The notes beneath the pieces were generated by a model. That model had not been told where the DNA came from and ran no database searches. It saw only the letters and a program-made list of their open reading frames with translations. This document shows positions 61,928 through 64,000 of a stretch of DNA of 64,000 nt, piece after piece. Every line of letters begins with the position of its first letter. Position 1 is the first letter of the stretch. The stretch is from Macrostomum lignano. Its lineage: Eukaryota. Location: NCBI GenBank assembly GCA_002269645.1, contig NIVC01000326.1, positions 507,464 to 571,463 of the forward strand. Reading direction: 5' to 3'. The translations under genes and the position numbers were made by a program.

Positions 61928-64000
61928 TAGTAGCTGTCGTAATCTTTTACGTAGGTTACTCCATACTTATGAAACCAGTCTTTGGAGAGCTAGATTAATA
62001 TTAGGGACATTGATATCAACGTCGGGCCAATATTTTCTCATGTACTCGCTGCATTCTAGTTTGCATCGGTACTTACTCTTGTAATTAGGCTCGTGCGCTT
62101 TGTAATAAGAACCTGGAGAGACAACTGGAAACATTTTTAGAGAAAATTTAATTTTTTTTAAAGGGTGAGGACCCTGCGCTGATGATTTAAAGTCTTAGGG
62201 ATCTGGTTTCGCACGTTGCGGATTGAATGTGGGGAGAAGAATGCAGATTATTTTCTGATTGTTTCGAAGATGCTATGGGTGGATGTCAGTGGATTATGTC
62301 AGTGTCAGTGAGCATAACAGGTGTCAGTGGACCCATATTCCATATTCTGTCAGTCATAATATGGATGGATTTAATGGATTATAAGTTTTCGGAGCAAGTG
62401 CACCCCTCCCCTTTTTCATGATTCTGTCGGGATAATATGGATGGATTTAATGGGATTATGGAGGACGTTTTGTGAGCGGGCGACCCCCTTTTTTTCTTTA
62501 TTCTGTCGGGATAATATGGATGGATTTAATGGGATTATGGAGGATGTTTTGTGAGCGAGTGCGACCCCCTTTTTTTTTATTCTGTCGGGGATAATATGGA
62601 TGGATTTAATGGGATTATGGACGATGTTTTGTGAGCAGGTGCGACCCCCCTTTTTTCTGATTCTGTCAGGGATAATATGGATGGATTTAATGGGATTATG
62701 GAGGACGTTTTGTTAGCGAGTGCGACCCCCCTTTTTTTCTGATTCTGTCAGGGATAATATGGATGGATTTAGGTGGATTATGGAGGACGTTTTGTTAGCG
62801 AGTGCGAACCCCTTTTTTTATGATTCTGTCAGGGATAATATGGATGGATTTAGGTGGATTATGGAGGACGTTTTGTAGCGAGTGCGACCCCCCCTTTTTT
62901 TCTGATTCTGTCAGGGATAATATGGATGGATTTAGGTGGATTATGGAGGACGTTTTGTTAGCGAGTGCGACCCCCCTTTTTTTCTGATTCTGTCAGGGAT
63001 AATATGGATGGATTTAGGTGGATTATGGAGGACGTTTTGTTAGCGAGTGCGACCCCCCTTTTTTTCTGATTCTGTCAGGGATAATATGGATGGATTTAGG
63101 TGGATTATGGAGGACGTTTTGTTAGCGAGTGCGACCCCCCTTTTTTTCTGATTCTGTCAGGGATAATATGGATGGATTTAGGTGGATTATGGAGGACGTT
63201 TTGTTAGCGAGTGCGACCCCCCTTTTTTTCTGATTCTGTCAGGGATAATATGGATGGATTTAGGTGGATTATGGAGGACGTTTTGTTAGGAGTGCGACCC
63301 CCCTTTTTTTCTGATTCTGTCAGGGATAATATGGATGGATTTAGGTGGATTATGGAGGACGTTTTGTTAGCGAGTGCGACCCCCTTTTTTTCTGATTCTG
63401 TCAGGGATAATATGGATGGATTTAGGTGGATTATGGAGGACGTTTTGTTAGCGAGTGCGACCCCCTTTTTTTTCTGATTCTGTCAGGGATAATATGGATG
63501 GATTTGGTGGATTATGGAGGACGTTTTGTTTAGCGAGTGCGAACCCCCTTTTTTTATGATTCTGTCAGGGATAATATGGATGGATTTAGGTGGATTATGG
63601 AGGACGTTTTGTTAGCGAGTGCGACCCCCCCTTTTTTTCTGATTCTGTCAGGGATAATATGGATGGATTTAGGTGGATTATGGAGGACGTTTTGTTAGCG
63701 AGTGCGACCCCCCTTTTTTTCTGATTCTGTCAGGGATAATATGGATGGATTTAGGTGGATTATGGAGGACGTTTGTTAGCGAGTGCGACCCCCTTTTTTT
63801 TGCTATTCTGTCAGGGATAATATGGATGGATTTAGGTGGTTTATGGAGGACGTTTTGTTAGCGAGTGCGACCCCCCTTTTTTTCTGATTCTGTCAGGGAT
63901 AATATGGATGGATTTAGGTGGATTATGGAGGACGTTTTGTTAGCGAGTGCGACCCCCCTTTTTTTCTGATTCTGTCAGGGATAATATGGATGGATTTAGG
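61928..64000. repeat. Right TIR with at least 20 copies of the 82-bp unit, truncated by the window
   Basis: Reverse complement of the left TIR. Confidence 0.93.

Larger units (their letters stand above)
45601..64000. mobile_element. Polinton/Maverick (adintovirus-like) endogenous DNA virus; right end runs beyond the window
   Basis: Long TIRs plus integrase, protein-primed PolB, adenain, A32-like ATPase, major and minor capsid, and PLA2. Left terminus placed tentatively at AGTAG (45601). Confidence 0.95.

Noticed and set aside
62227-63861. Short ORFs in the right TIR (GIIWMDLGGLWRT and similar)
   Set aside because: They are translations of the 82-bp array.

Overview
Eukaryotic (animal) genomic DNA with GC-rich exons and minisatellite-packed introns. 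That style suggests a Macrostomum-like flatworm, which is inference only. From left to right the window holds: (1) an 18-bp repeat running into a frameshifted zinc-finger protein fragment, possibly tyrosine-recombinase-like; (2) a five-gene TRAF/MATH cluster at about 5.4-19.8 kb, with three short MATH-only genes and two full RING-ZnF-coiled-coil-MATH paralogues that each carry a lesion, one with a 5'-truncated RT+RNase H LINE in its intron; (3) COG2 and DIMT1 on the minus strand, with different minisatellites filling their introns and a TSD-flanked tRNA-type SINE; (4) a roughly 3-kb CpG-depleted island; (5) a recent full-length Ty3/Gypsy LTR element; (6) a near-complete Polinton/Maverick (adintovirus-like) endogenous virus from about 45.6 kb to the window end. 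The virus carries integrase, pPolB, adenain protease, packaging ATPase, major and minor capsid, PLA2 and a hidden adenovirus pX-like ORF, and its TIRs are built from 82-bp arrays. Many lesions are single-base deletions and may be assembly errors. All counts and alignments were made by eye.
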